Shown here in pieces: positions 37,301 to 51,129 of a DNA stretch of 64,000 nt. The translations under genes and the position numbers were made by a program. Within the stretch, counting starts at the first letter, position 1, and every line of letters starts with the position of its first letter. The notes beneath the pieces are model-generated. The model did not search any database and was not told where the DNA came from. It was given only the letters and a program-made list of their open reading frames with translations. Source of the stretch: Yuukianura sp. NJ FZ-2021 (Eukaryota); the NCBI GenBank assembly GCA_046563655.1, contig JAJCTO010000018.1, forward strand, positions 1-64,000, read 5' to 3'.

Positions 37301-40300
37301 AAAAACGACAGCTCAATTCGCGACACTAGAAAATAGACAGTCCAATTTCCGACAGTAGAAAATCGACAGTCCCAATTTCCGACACTAGAAAATAGACAGC
37401 TCCATTCCCGACACTAGAAAATCGACAGTCCAATTTCCGACACTAGAAAATAGACAGTCCAATTTCCGTCAGTAGAAAATCGACAGTCATTATTTCCGTC
37501 ACTAGAAAATCGACAGCTCCATTCCAGACACTAGAAAATAGACAGTGCCAATTTCCGACAGTAGAAAATCGACAGTGATTATTTTTGACACTAGAAAGTC
37601 GACAGTCCCAATTTCGGACAGCAGAAAATCGACAGCTTCATTCTCGACAGTTGAAAGCCGACAGTCCCAATTTCCGACAGTAGAAAATCGACAGCTCCAT
37701 TCCCAACACTAGAAAATAGACAGTCCAATTTCCGACAGTAGAAAATCGACAGTCCCAATTTCCGACACTAGAAAATAGACAGCTCCATTCCCGACACTAG
37801 AAAATCGACAGTCCAATTTCCGACACTAGAAAATAGACAGTCCAATTTCCGTCAGTAGAAAATCGACAGTCATTATTTCCGTCACTAGAAAATCGACAGC
37901 TCCATTCCAGACACTAGAAAATAGACAGCTCCATTCCCGACACTAGAAAATCGACAGTCCAATTTCCGACACTAGAAAATAGACAGTCCAATTTCCGTCA
38001 GTAGAAAATCGACAGTCATTATTTCCGTCACTAGAAAATCGACAGCTCCATTCCAGACACTAGAAAATAGACAGTGCCAATTTCCGACAGTAGAAAATCG
38101 ACAGTGATTATTTCCGACACTAGAAAGTCGACAGTCCCAATTTCGGACAGTAGAAAATCGACAGCTTCATTCTCGACAGTTGAAAGCCGACAGTCCCAAT
38201 TTCCGACAGTAGAAAATCGACAGCTCCATTCCCGACACTAGAAAATAGACAGTCCAATTTCCGACAGTAGAAAATCGACAGTGATTATTTCCGACACTAG
38301 AAAAACGACAGCTCAATTCGCGACACTAGAAAATAGACAGTCCAATTTCCGACAGTAGAAAATCGACAGCTTCATTCTCGACAGTTGAAAGCCGACAGTC
38401 CCAATTTCCGACAGTAGAAAATCGACAGCTCCATTCCCGACACTAGAAAATAGACAGTCCAATTTCCGACAGTAGAAAATCGACAGTCCCAATTTCCGAC
38501 ACTAGAAAATAGACAGCTCCATTCCCGACACTAGAAAATCGACAGTCCAATTTCCGACACTAGAAAATAGACAGTCCAATTTCCGTCAGTAGAAAATCGA
38601 CAGTCATTATTTCCGTCACTAGAAAGTCGACAGTCCCAATTTCGGACAGTAGAAAATCGACAGCTTCATTCTCGACAGTTGAAAGCCGACAGTCCCAATT
38701 TCCGACAGTAGAAAATCGACAGCTCCATTCCCGACACTAGAAAATAGACAGTCCAATTTCCGACAGTAGAAAATCGACAGTGATTATTTCCGACACTAGA
38801 AAAACGACAGCTCAATTCGCGACACTAGAAAATAGACAGTCCAATTTCCGACAGTAGAAAATCGACAGTCCCAATTTCCGACACTAGAAAATAGACAGCT
38901 CCATTCCCGACACTAGAAAATAGACAGTCCAATTTCCGACAGTAGAAAATCGACAGTGATTATTTCCGACACTAGAAAAACGACAGCTCAATTCGCGACA
39001 CTAGAAAATAGACAGTCCAATTTCCGACAGTAGAAAATCGACAGTCCCAATTTCCGACACTAGAAAATAGACAGCTCCATTCCCGACACTAGAAAATCGA
39101 CAGTCCAATTTCCGACACTAGAAAATAGACAGTCCAATTTCCGTCAGTAGAAAATCGACAGTCATTATTTCCGTCACTAGAAAATCGACAGCTCCATTCC
39201 AGACACTAGAAAATAGACAGTGCCAATTTCCGACAGTAGAAAATCGACAGTGATTATTTCCGACACTAGAAAGTCGACAGTCCCAATTTCGGACAGTAGA
39301 AAATCGACAGCTTCATTCTCGACAGTTGAAAGCCGACAGTCCCAATTTCCGACAGTAGAAAATCGACAGCTCCATTCCCGACACTAGAAAATAGACAGTC
39401 CAATTTCCGACAGTAGAAAATCGACAGTGATTATTTCCGACACTAGAAAAACGACAGCTCAATTCGCGACACTAGAAAATAGACAGTCCAATTTCCGACA
39501 GTAGAAAATCGACAGCTTCATTCTCGACAGTTGAAAGCCGACAGTCCCAATTTCCGACAGTAGAAAATCGACAGCTCCATTCCCGACACTAGAAAATAGA
39601 CAGTCCAATTTCCGACAGTAGAAAATCGACAGTGATTATTTCCGACACTAGAAAAACGACAGCTCAATTCGCGACACTAGAAAATAGACAGTCCAATTTC
39701 CGACAGTAGAAAATCGACAGTCCCAATTTCCGACACTAGAAAATAGACAGCTCCATTCCCGATACTAGAAAATAGACAGTCCAATTTCCGTCAGTAGAAA
39801 ATCGACAGTCATTATTTCCGTCACTAGAAAATCGACAGCTCCATTCCAGACACTAGAAAATAGACAGTGCCAATTTCCGACAGTAGAAAATCGACAGTGA
39901 TTATTTCCGACACTAGAAAGTCGACAGTCCCAATTTCGGACAGTAGAAAATCGACAGCTTCATTCTCGACAGTTGAAAGCCGACAGTCCCAATTTCCGAC
40001 AGTAGAAAATCGACAGCTCCATTCCCGACACTAGAAAATAGACAGTCCAATTTCAGACAGTAGAAAATCGACAGTGATTATTTCCGACACTAGAAAAACG
40101 ACAGCTCAATTCGCGACACTAGAAAATAGACAGTCCAATTTCCGACAGTAGAAAATCGACAGTCCCAATTTCCGACACTAGAAAATAGACAGCTCCATTC
40201 CCGACACTAGAAAATCGACAGTCCAATTTCCGACACTAGAAAATAGACAGTCCAATTTCCGTCAGTAGAAAATCGACAGTCATTATTTCCGTCACTAGAA

Positions 40301-41604
40301 AGTCGACAGTCCCAATTTCGGACAGTAGAAAATCGACAGCTTCATTCTCGACAGTTGAAAGCCGACAGTCCCAATTTCCGACAGTAGAAAATCGACAGCT
40401 CCATTCCCGACACTAGAAAATAGACAGTCCAATTTCCGACAGTAGAAAATCGACAGTGATTATTTCCGACACTAGAAAAACGACAGCTCAATTCGCGACA
40501 CTAGAAAATAGACAGTCCAATTTCCGACAGTAGAAAATCGACAGTCCCAATTTCCGACACTAGAAAATAGACAGCTCCATTCCCGACACTAGAAAATAGA
40601 CAGTCCAATTTCCGACAGTAGAAAATCGACAGTGATTATTTCCGACACTAGAAAAACGACAGCTCAATTCGCGACACTAGAAAATAGACAGTCCAATTTC
40701 CGACAGTAGAAAATCGACAGTCCCAATTTCCGACACTAGAAAATAGACAGCTCCATTCCCGACACTAGAAAATCGACAGTCCAATTTCCGACACTAGAAA
40801 ATAGACAGTCCAATTTCCGTCAGTAGAAAATCGACAGTCATTATTTCCGTCACTAGAAAGTCGACAGTCCCAATTTCGGACAGTAGAAAATCGACAGCTT
40901 CATTCTCGACAGTTGAAAGCCGACAGTCCCAATTTCCGACAGTAGAAAATCGACAGCTCCATTCCCGACACTAGAAAATAGACAGTCCAATTTCCGACAG
41001 TAGAAAATCGACAGTGATTATTTCCGACACTAGAAAAACGACAGCTCAATTCGCGACACTAGAAAATAGACAGTCCAATTTCCGACAGTAGAAAATCGAC
41101 AGTCCCAATTTCCGACACTAGAAAATAGACAGCTCCATTCCCGACACTAGAAAATAGACAGTCCAATTTCCGACAGTAGAAAATCGACAGTGATTATTTC
41201 CGACACTAGAAAAACGACAGCTCAATTCGCGACACTAGAAAATAGACAGTCCAATTTCCGACAGTAGAAAATCGACAGTCCCAATTTCCGACACTAGAAA
41301 ATAGACAGCTCCATTCCCGACACTAGAAAATCGACAGTCCAATTTCCGACACTAGAAAATAGACAGTCCAATTTCCGTCAGTAGAAAATCGACAGTCATT
41401 ATTTCCGTCACTAGAAAATCGACAGCTCCATTCCAGACACTAGAAAATAGACAGTGCCAATTTCCGACAGTAGAAAATCGACAGTGATTATTTCCGACAT
41501 TAGAAAAACGACAGCTCAATTCGCGACATTAGAAAATAGACAGTCCAATTTCCGACAGTAGGAAATCGACAGTCCCTATTTCCGATACTTGAAAATCGAC
41601 AGTC
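34363..41604. repeat. Minisatellite array 2: 29-30-bp unit of the same family and orientation as array 1
   Basis: Units such as gacagtccaatttccgacagtagaaaatc, gacagctccattcccgacactagaaaata and gacagtgattatttccgacactagaaaaac occur in recurring higher-order blocks. The 70-bp cassette is absent. Confidence 0.98.
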
Positions 41605-41667
41605 TCACATCATATGTCATAAGGAAACATACGTCTACTTTGTATTATTGCTGCGTTTTTGGAACTT

Positions 41668-41732
41668 TATAAGCTTTGTATCTCTTCTGGTTTCACTCAC
41701 TTTCAAACATAACTGTGTAACAGTAGGACGTT
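41668..41732 (+). promoter_or_regulatory. TATA-Inr-DPE core promoter of the SBNO-like gene
   Basis: TATAAG at 41668, tcActt with A at 41699, GGACGTT at 41726 (+28). Confidence 0.6.
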
Positions 41733-41799
41733 CTTACTTAATGCTCTAAATTTACTATTTGAGTATTTTTATCAGTTGGTGGCAGTGAGTACCTGAAAA

Positions 41800-44700
41800 A
41801 TGTCACATGAGGTTAACAAAGTGGATAACCCAGCCGAAATTGTGGACGCAGCGAATCAGCTTCGTCATTCGGAATACTTGGAGCAGATAACTCCTACTTC
41901 TAGTTTTATTAGATACAACCCTACATGTAAGTGATGTTACTTTTAAGCATAGTCCTCTCCTAACGTATAATTAAAACTGATGGTTTAATTTTAGTGACTG
42001 GTGCCTTACCACTCCGTGAGCATCCTTGTGATGTTGTTGAGTCTGCATCGTTAGCATCAATACCTCTGCCGGTCGTCACTTATCAATTAGCTACATCTGT
42101 GCGGGAATGCCGTGGACTATCTTCGTTGCAATTGGAGGCCGTTTTGCTTGCCGCCCATTCACATAAAAAATTTCTCAATGGTCGGAGACATGGCATACTT
42201 ATAGGTAATTTGCTTTGTTTTCTAAACAGTTAGGTTAGGTTACCTTAGGTTATCCTAAACGGGCTTTGTTTACATAAAATGCTCATTCAAAAAAAAATAT
42301 TTTGCAGGCGACGGAGCAGGAGTGGGCAAAGGGCGAATAATTAGTGCCATAATTAAAGATAACTACCACAAGATGCGCGGAAAGTCTATTTGGATGACGA
42401 AGAGCAAAAGTTTATATGCTGATGCCCAGAGGGATCTTGCTTCAATTGGCTATAACACTAAATTAATGAAACCATTTCAAGATTTCTACCACAAAAAGGA
42501 AGCAAGCGGAGAAGACTTTTGTTTGTTCGTAACTTATGCGGAGTTTCATCGACATCGAGACGAAAAAATTAATGCAATCTTAACCTGGCTTGGAAATGAC
42601 TTTCGGGGTGTTGTAAGTAACCGATTACAAAAAAATAAACATAGTATATTAATTTACGCTGACAACTCATTTCAACTCACGTTTGGTTTATAGGTGATAC
42701 TAGACGAGTGCCACTTGATAAAAAACTTGAAGACCAACGCTTCGCAGGCGGTTCAATTAATTGACAAGAAAATGCCAAACGCAAGATTCGTGTACTCTTC
42801 GGCTACTGCCTCTGAACATGTTGACGACATGTGCTATTTGCATCGTCTTCATCTGTGGGGACCAGGGACGTCATATCCTCAAGGGTTTTCACAAATGCAA
42901 CGTGTTCTCAAACAAGTGTAAAGCTCATGTGCAAATTTTATTTCGCCTTCTGATATCTACTACATAAAATTTAAATGCTTTGTATTTTACGGTTTCTAGG
43001 GGTGTGCTGGGTATGGAACTTATTGCAATGGAGCTGAAGAGCCGCGGAGCTTATGTTGCCCGCAGACTTGACTTTTCAAAAGCGAAATTTTCTGTTGTGG
43101 AAGTTAAACTGGACAAAAGCCAGACAAAAAAGTACAACAAATGTGTCGCTATTTGGTCCGAACTGTTGAAAAAAGCAACAGTAAAATTTGCGGAGAATCG
43201 TCAACTTTTGCGTGTTTACTGGGCACAACATCAAATGTTTTTTAAACAGTTGTGCATCTGCTTCAAGTTGCCCACAGTGTGCCAACAAATCAGGTATTTT
43301 TTTTACTAACCTAAAATTAACTTTTTGAGCTTTTTTATTACGCAATATTTTGCAAAAGTTGGCTTAGAAAAGACATGTTGATTTTATTACATATTGTATT
43401 GAATAGGACGCATTTGGCAAATGGCAAATCTGTCATCGTAGGACTTCAATCCACAGGGGATGTTTTAAGCGGCAAAAAACTAAGAGGCTACAAATGTCTA
43501 CTGTCCACACTGGAAAGAAAACTTCTTTCAATCGCTCGCTACTGTTTAGGTGAGCATGTTTTCAACGTCTTTCTTTGTTTTTGTTAAAATTTAACTAAAT
43601 ACATTTTGTAGAACCTGGAGATGAAATGGAAGCGATGGCTACAAAAATCCGAAACTTGAATTTGACTGCAAATCCACTGGACTATATCATCGATTTTTTT
43701 GGCCATAAAAAAATTTCAGAAGTTAGTTGTAATATTTTGCCGCTTTTATTTTATTAAGAATTAGTATTAATTTAATAATGTTGGTAATCAATAATTATGC
43801 TTTACTTTAACAGTTAACTGGACGTAAACAAAGAATTATCGCTGTTGGATCAGAATATCGCTGGTGCCCAATTCCTGGGTCTAAGAACAGTAGGATTGCC
43901 GATTTCATGTCCGGAAGAACAAAGATTGCAATAATTTCAGAGGCGTGCTCAACAGGCTTATCTCTGCACTCTGCAAGCTACGTAGCTAATCAAACCCAAC
44001 GAGTACATATGACAATTGAGTTGCCATGGTCAGCCGAGCAGGTATGCAACCAATTAGCTTTTACTATAATTAGGTTAGGTTAGTGACTCAAACATGAGAG
44101 TAATAGGAATTTCCTCTACGTTTTTCCTAGGTAATTCAGCAATGTGGACGAAGCCTGCGTACTGGCCAAACATCAGCGCCCCACTATGAACTCGTAGTAG
44201 TAGATTGTGGGGGCGAAGTCAGATTTGCATCCAGTGTTGCCAATCGAATGTGTGCCTTGGGTGCAATTACTCAAGGTGATCGAGGCTTTAGCATCAATGG
44301 GCTTGAAAAATTCGCAGTCGACTCTGTCTACGCAAATGATGCTGTTAAGTACACTCTGAAAACTATTACAAGGGAAATGGATCCCATGATTCGCTACAGA
44401 GATACAGACATGAGGTCATTCTTTAAACGAGCCTTTCTGGCGCTGCAACCAACCGAGATTGTAAAGTTTACTGAAGGTAGTTTGACACCAACATCAAAGC
44501 CAACAAGTTTGGATAAATTCTTCAACCGGTAATTTAATTGTATAATTGTGTTCAATTTCGCAAATTTTAATGTAATTGAATGTTTCTAGCTTGCTTGGGG
44601 TTGTTTTACCTGAGCAAAATATTATATTCAAATACTTTATCGACCTGTACAACCACACAATTCAGTGTCAGAAAAACGCTGGTTGTTACGAAGGTGGAAT

Positions 44701-45508
44701 AAAAGGTATTAATATTTTTACATTGTAGTAATTATACGTTTGTCATGGTGTCGTGATTTTGAGTTGATATTGTTTTCAGACTATGGACGAGGCCAACTGA
44801 AGGCAAAATATGACTTTTCACTTCCCGATAAAAGTCACATCAGCGTTTATTCGATTGTAGTTGACACTGGAATCACATTTGAAAATGCCTACAAAATTTT
44901 TCTCAAGTCGGAGTACAGCAAGTTTTATTCGGGAAGAATAGGACCTAAGAAGCACGCTTATCTGGCAATCCCAGATCCCGAGTCGACAACCTTTTCGTTT
45001 CTTTTTCCCTTCGGATTGCTGCCGTCAAAGCAAACGGATCCCCATTTTAATAATCAGTGCATCCTCACAACGCCAAAGGTCGCCAAACATCTATGGAATA
45101 CAAACTACAAAGAAAAACATTGCTACCATGTGAACAGGTATTTTATATTTTATATTGTAATTGTAGTTTGAATTACATAATGTTTTAGGTTACGTTAGGC
45201 TGTCCAACTAACAGCTGTCTTTGGTTTTTTTTAGTCAAATACCTTGTCCTGAGGCTGCGAATCAACAACACTGTGAAGTGGGAAACCGTTATAAAATTTG
45301 CCATGTACTGACTGGTTTACTTTGGTCAAATTTATTCGCCTGTGAAGTCCTTTTAAGAAAAGCTAGTCTCAACGCTTTACAGCTAGTCAGATGCAGTGTC
45401 AAAAATTCTCATGATAAACGGACTATACTGGTTGGTGTACATGTTCCGTCAAAATTGTTTGTTAAAGTTTTGGGTCAGCTAGACAACGGTGCAACTAGGC
45501 TAATTTGA
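41800..45508 (+). CDS. SBNO: Strawberry notch-like SF2 helicase, compact and divergent (about 930 aa, 12 exons)
   Basis: HPCDVVESASLASI, LSSLQLEAV, IG|DGAGVGKGR (Walker A), ILDECH (Walker B), ARFVYSSATA, RGVLGMELIAMELKSRGAYVARRL, YWAQHQMFFKQLC, SVIVGLQSTG, IISEACSTGLSLH, RVHMTIELPWSAEQ|VIQQCGRS, RFASSVANRMCALGAITQGD, FFNR. Confidence 0.93.
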
Positions 45509-45939
45509 AAAGATGCATTTTCTGGAGATTTATTGTGATTATTTACTTACAAAGTATATAGAAAGGTTATATGTTTATTTGTCAGAAAAGTTGATATTGG
45601 TGTTATCTTAAATATTGCTACCTTAAATACCTGACCTTAATATTAGTTTATGAATTGACCTCATAGTCATAATTGTAATTGGCTATTTCACATATTTGAA
45701 AATGTTACATTGACTGTACCCACAAGTTTATCTTGGAAAGTTGGTTGCCAGAAAACTCGAATTCATGTTCTACAAACCTAGGTTTAGAAATAGTCGATTT
45801 CTAGCAATAAATGCCCAAAAATTCATCATGTGCAAGCAGTTTTACGTAAAGGTTGTTAAAAATTTAATTCTGCATTTTGGTAAACATCACTTCCAAATAA
45901 TGTTAAGTGTTGAAAAATTCAAAAACGGATAAGGCATAA

Positions 45940-47180
45940 AGTATAACGTTTTTTAACTTTGTCCTAATGTTTCGGTACTTGTACACGGTCGAATTTTTGA
46001 AAAATGATATTTTTGGAATCTAGACACTTTGGTAAGTGTAGAAAAATTCAAATTCAGTTGAGGCGGTAAAGTTTAAATGTAACGTTTTTCAACTTTGTCC
46101 TAATGTTTGGATACTTGTGCACGGTCGATTTTTCTAAAAATGCTATTTCTGGAATCTGGACAGTTTGGTAAATGTGGAAAAATTCAAATTTCTTCAAGGC
46201 GGTAAAGTTCAAAATATAACCTTTTCAACTTTGTCCTAATGTTTCGGTACTTCTACACGGTCGAATTTTTGAAAAATGATATTTTTGGAATCTAGACACC
46301 TTGGTAAGTGTAGAAAAATTCAAATTCAGTTGAGGCGGTAAAGTTCAAATGTAACGTTTTTCAACTTTGTCCTAATGTTTGGATACTTGTGCACGGTCGA
46401 TTTTTCTAAAAATGCTATTTCTGGAATCTGGACAGTTTGGTAAGTGTGGAAAAATTCAAATTTCTTCAAGGCGGTAAAGTTCAACATATAACCTTTTTCA
46501 ACTTTGTCCTAATGTTTCGGTACTTGTACACGGTCGAATTTTTGAAAAATGATATTTTTGGAATCTAGACACCTTGGTAAGTGTAGAAAAATTCAAATTC
46601 AGTTAAGGCGGTAAAGTTCAAATGTAACGTTTTTCAACTTTGTCCTAATGTTTGGATACTTGTGCACGGTCGATTTTTCTAAAAATGCTATTTCTGGAAT
46701 CTGGACAGTTTGGTAAGTGTGGAAAAATTCAAATTTCTTCAAGGCGGTAAAGTTCAAAATATAACCTTTTTCAACTTTGTCCTAATGTTTCGGTACTTGT
46801 ACACGGTCGAATTTTTGAAAAATGATATTTTTGGAATCTAAACACCTTGGTAAGTGTAGAAAAATTCAAATTCAGTTGAGGCGGTAAAGTTCAAATGTAA
46901 CGTTTTTCAACTTTGTCCTAATGTTTGGATACTTGTGCACGGTCGATTTTTCTAAAAATGCTATTTCTGGAATCTGGACAGTTTGGTAAGTGTGGAAAAA
47001 TTCAAATTTCTTCAAGGCGGTAAAGTTCAAAATATAACCTTTTTCAACTTTGTCCTAATGTTTCGGTACTTGTACACGGTCGAATTTTTGAAAAATGATA
47101 TTTTTGGAATCTAAACACCTTGGTAAGTGTAGAAAAATTCAAATTCAGTTGAGGCGGTAAAGTTCAAATATTACGTTTTT
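45940..47180. repeat. About 136-bp satellite in alternating A/B dimers (273-bp higher-order period), about 9 monomers
   Basis: aactttgtcctaatgtttggatac at 46091, 46363, 46636 and 46909, alternating with the ...gtttcggtac variant. Confidence 0.95.
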
Positions 47181-48408
47181 CAAATTCGTTCGAATGTTTT
47201 GAGGTAACCTCACCATCGATTTTTGAAAATAATATATTTTTGGACCGACAAGTCCTTGAACTGTATAGTAAAATAGTCACTGGCCGTTGAACGTAAACTT
47301 CATCTTTGAATATTGTTTTAAACTTTGATGTAGTTTTGAACAAACCATACAATACATTTTTGAGAAGATGTGGTTGGATTTTTTGGGGCTTTCACCCTTT
47401 TATTAAAAAAGAAAACAGATGGCGGCTCGGAAAATAAAAAAAACTGATGGTGAGTCAAAAGTACAATTGGATTTGATTGGTGGTGGAATCGGAATTCTAC
47501 CAACTGCATGTTGAGAAAAGAGTAGAACACTGACTGAGGGAGGATGGTGTGGTAAGTGAGTCTTGGACATGTGCTGCTGAGTGACCTTGGTCACTTGTCA
47601 GTCCATGAACACAGAATGCACCACCTTGTGACATAGGCCATGTCACAAGCGAGTACACAAAGACGGGCTTTTGAGACTATGGACTCAGGAAGGGGACGGA
47701 ATTTTAATTTAATTACAATTACTGTAGGGGTTGACAAAGGTCGAACGGTTATTCGCTTGACCTTGTGAATTCCTCCAACAACCTGGAACCTGTACATCAT
47801 CTTCCGCAAACCATATTTCCCTCCAGACACCTTATCAAGCTCGACTCCATTTTTTAATTAAAGTCATTCATATCTTCATTTTTACGACCTATTCATTGAG
47901 CACATCGACTCCAAGTTAGCAAGTCAAGGTCAAGATAGCACTAGTCTCTTTGGAAGTTTAGGTTTATAATTCAGTGTCACGGCCGATTGCTTCGTATTCG
48001 TTCATCGACAGTCTCAAGAGCAACACGTCGTAAATAATTGCTGCTTCCCTTCTGTTCAACATTCTCAAAGGTCACAGGTCAACACCAGTTCCTGACCGAA
48101 GTCAACCTGGTAAGGTAAGTTGAAAAATGTTCAAAGCAATAGCTAATTATTGTGTTGTTTTCCTTTTTCGTTTGAAAAATGAAATTCTGCGTGTTTTTAG
48201 GTTGTTTTGAGGACTTTTGTGTCAACTTTTGCGCTCACCACAACGAATACACCTAAATCCAAGCCCAGTTTAGAGGTCAAGGCCAATTAGTTCCACCAAA
48301 GTTCAGTTGCTATTGTACGTAAGGAGATTCGGAAAATTTTGTGAACCATACATAATTGTTGTATTCTAACGAACCCAGTTTGCAGCGTCTAAATCCTCCC
48401 CTTTTTGT

Positions 48409-50828
48409 AGGGTACAATTTTCGGATTTTTCTGTGTACGCCTCTTGGAGAATCAATATTGATATACAATGCTGGTAAGGATGAAAACAAATTTGCATGTA
48501 AAAGTTAACTTGAACGAAAACTTTTTTTGTGATTTTCAGGAACCAATGCAGATCTGCACTCTTGCAGACTTTGCCACAACTGCAGCTCAGCCCAGGCTAC
48601 TCATGCCAGCATTATCCATACCTACTGATTTCTTCCTATGCATTGTAGCTGACGTCTTAGCTGACGGTTTGCAATATTCTGGCAACGGTTACTTCCCACT
48701 TTCGGAATGGAAGAATTTATTGGAAGACAAGATCGTAGACAATTGCAGATTGATTTGGGGAACTGTTTTTTACCGGATGAAGCACTTCACCAGCGCCAGT
48801 CTTGGAGGCTGCTATACACCGGTACAGAAGTACAAATTATCAACTCGTTTCTATGGACCTGATGGGTTAAAAGACATCCCATCCTTGGAGACTTATGCTT
48901 TGACTGAAAGTGGCCAAGAACTTGGGAAGAAGAATGGGAAGATTGAATTGAAACAACTTCTCCGAGCAATCATCCTGATGACAAGGGATTCCTACTCAAA
49001 GGGCTACTTTGCTTTATTTCTAGCCAAACTTCACCGTAAGCCTTTGCCATCATGTTGTTCTAGTATGTATGCAGAAAAATTTTCATTTACATTGGGTTTT
49101 AGATGCACTGAACGAAGACTACAAGGAGCTAGAGCTCAGTGACGTACTAGGCATCAAGGGAATGTCATCGCTGAAACTTGTTTTGTCTCAACCGAAGGAG
49201 TTCAAAAATTCGATCTGGGCTTCGCCATTAGCATTGCCGTCCCCTCTCCACGACGTCTTTGGGAGAGAAGAACCTGTGGCGTCATTTTCCAGCCCGGACC
49301 ACTGGCACATATTCACAATGCAGGTGACACTGACACAAGAAGTTCGTGCGGATACTGCCACAAATAACTTAATTCGTCGGTCGGTGAAAGCCAACAGTAT
49401 TTGTGGCAGCGTCTGTGGCTCTACGCGAGAAGCTAACGACGAAGTTGAGCAAATTCAAGTCACCGTTGATCCAAAAGATATGCTCACTTTGCGTGCTCCT
49501 AGTCCAACTCCATCGGTTGTTTCGGAAAAAACAGCAGAAGCAATTGCACTAGAAGACAAGATTAAATCCGTCAAAAAGCAGGAAGAGACGTATTTGCATA
49601 GACTTGCTGAATGTAAGGAAGAAATTGACCAAAGACGGACAGAGCAGAGAGGACTGAAGGAAGGTGTGAAGTATTGCAGAGCCAACAGAAAGAAGCTGGA
49701 GTTTCAGGCAGCAGTGTTGAAGATTGGGTCAACGCAAGCCGGAGCCATCATCACTGCACTAAATGAACACCCAGACTTTGTCGAATATTCTAAAACCTAC
49801 GAAGACTTCCCATCCAAAGTAATAGACCAGTACACGCAACTGCAAACTGAAGATAACCTTAGAAAGTTATCAATCAATGGCATGGTTGAGACCGCATTAC
49901 GAGAAACTATCAAGGTACTATTTTTCAAAGCAGCATAGCAATAGGCAACAATATGTTTTTATTGCCAAGTAATTCTATGTAATTCTATGCATTTACTTTT
50001 TGTTTTAGGCTCTACTTTCATCATCAGCAAAACACGCTTCCTCTGAAGTAGGCATAGGCTCACCATCCCAACGGAGTTGCGGCTCGGAGGTAAACGTTTG
50101 CAAACTTAGACGCTTGCTAGTTGTCGTTTTAATGGTAGTTATCTTTTAAGGAGGCCGAGGAACCAGAAAATGAGGATTCTGAGTCTGAGACAGAGTACGT
50201 GGAGTATATGCATACTCCAAACCATGAACATAGTGACAGCGAACTCAGTCAGGTACCGGTATTCGGACCACCCTCATCACAGAAGTCTAAAATCCACGTT
50301 GTACCACAGGAAACCCATCAAACTAGATGTCCCACAATGGGAAATCCAGTAAGAAATATAGTGCTAGTGATGCAGCAACAATTTGTTACAAACTTTTGTT
50401 AAAAGAATTTTTAAATCATTTAGACTTTGAAGAGAAAGGAGATGCAGGCTTGTGACCAGGAAAAACTAAAGAGGCAGAAGAAATCGGATATTGAGCAGAC
50501 GACTGATTCCGCTCTCGAGAAGCATTATGCACTAGGTGACTACCATTTTTTATATTCTTTGATAGTTTTTGGTGACGTAACAAAACGTTTGAATTTTTAA
50601 ATACTGTTTTTTATTGTTGTAGAGGAAGATTCCGGAAATACTTCGCAGCCAGAGATCAGAATGCGACCAATTTTACAAGATGCAGTCACCGCTAACAAAG
50701 TGCAAGAAAGAATGCCTATCGATCAACTCCAAGACGTTAGCGTAAACGATGGACAAAATGATGATATTGCAGGTGACGTAGTTAGCAACGACGTTGACAC
50801 GTTTGACGATTTAATGACAACCAAGTAA
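48409..50828 (+). CDS. Multi-exon hypothetical protein with central coiled coil and acidic tail; start uncertain
   Basis: Long ORFs 48468-49142 and 49069-49938 are joined by an intron at about 49036-49102. Heptad region ALEDKIKSVKKQEETYLHRLAECKEEIDQRRTEQRGLKEG. Further GT-AG exons run to a TAA at 50828. Confidence 0.65.
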
Positions 50829-51129
50829 GCAGAGTGCACAAATCACATTGCTGCTGTCGTTTTTGAGTAATTGACGACTTTTTTCAATCCCTTTCACTAG
50901 TTTATGCAGTGTATATTTAATGAATTATTGACACTGACTGATTAACTTTAGCATTTTTGCCCAGTAATTGTGTTTTCGTCGGATTGTTTCAAGTATATTA
51001 TCTAGATACGAGTAATTATTTAGATATACGATTAGTTAGTGTAGGCAAATTAGAGTTGAAACATGCCGTGAAATTTATTTTGTAAATTTGTTACAATGCT
51101 TACAAGAAAATACGCCGTTGAGTTAAATA

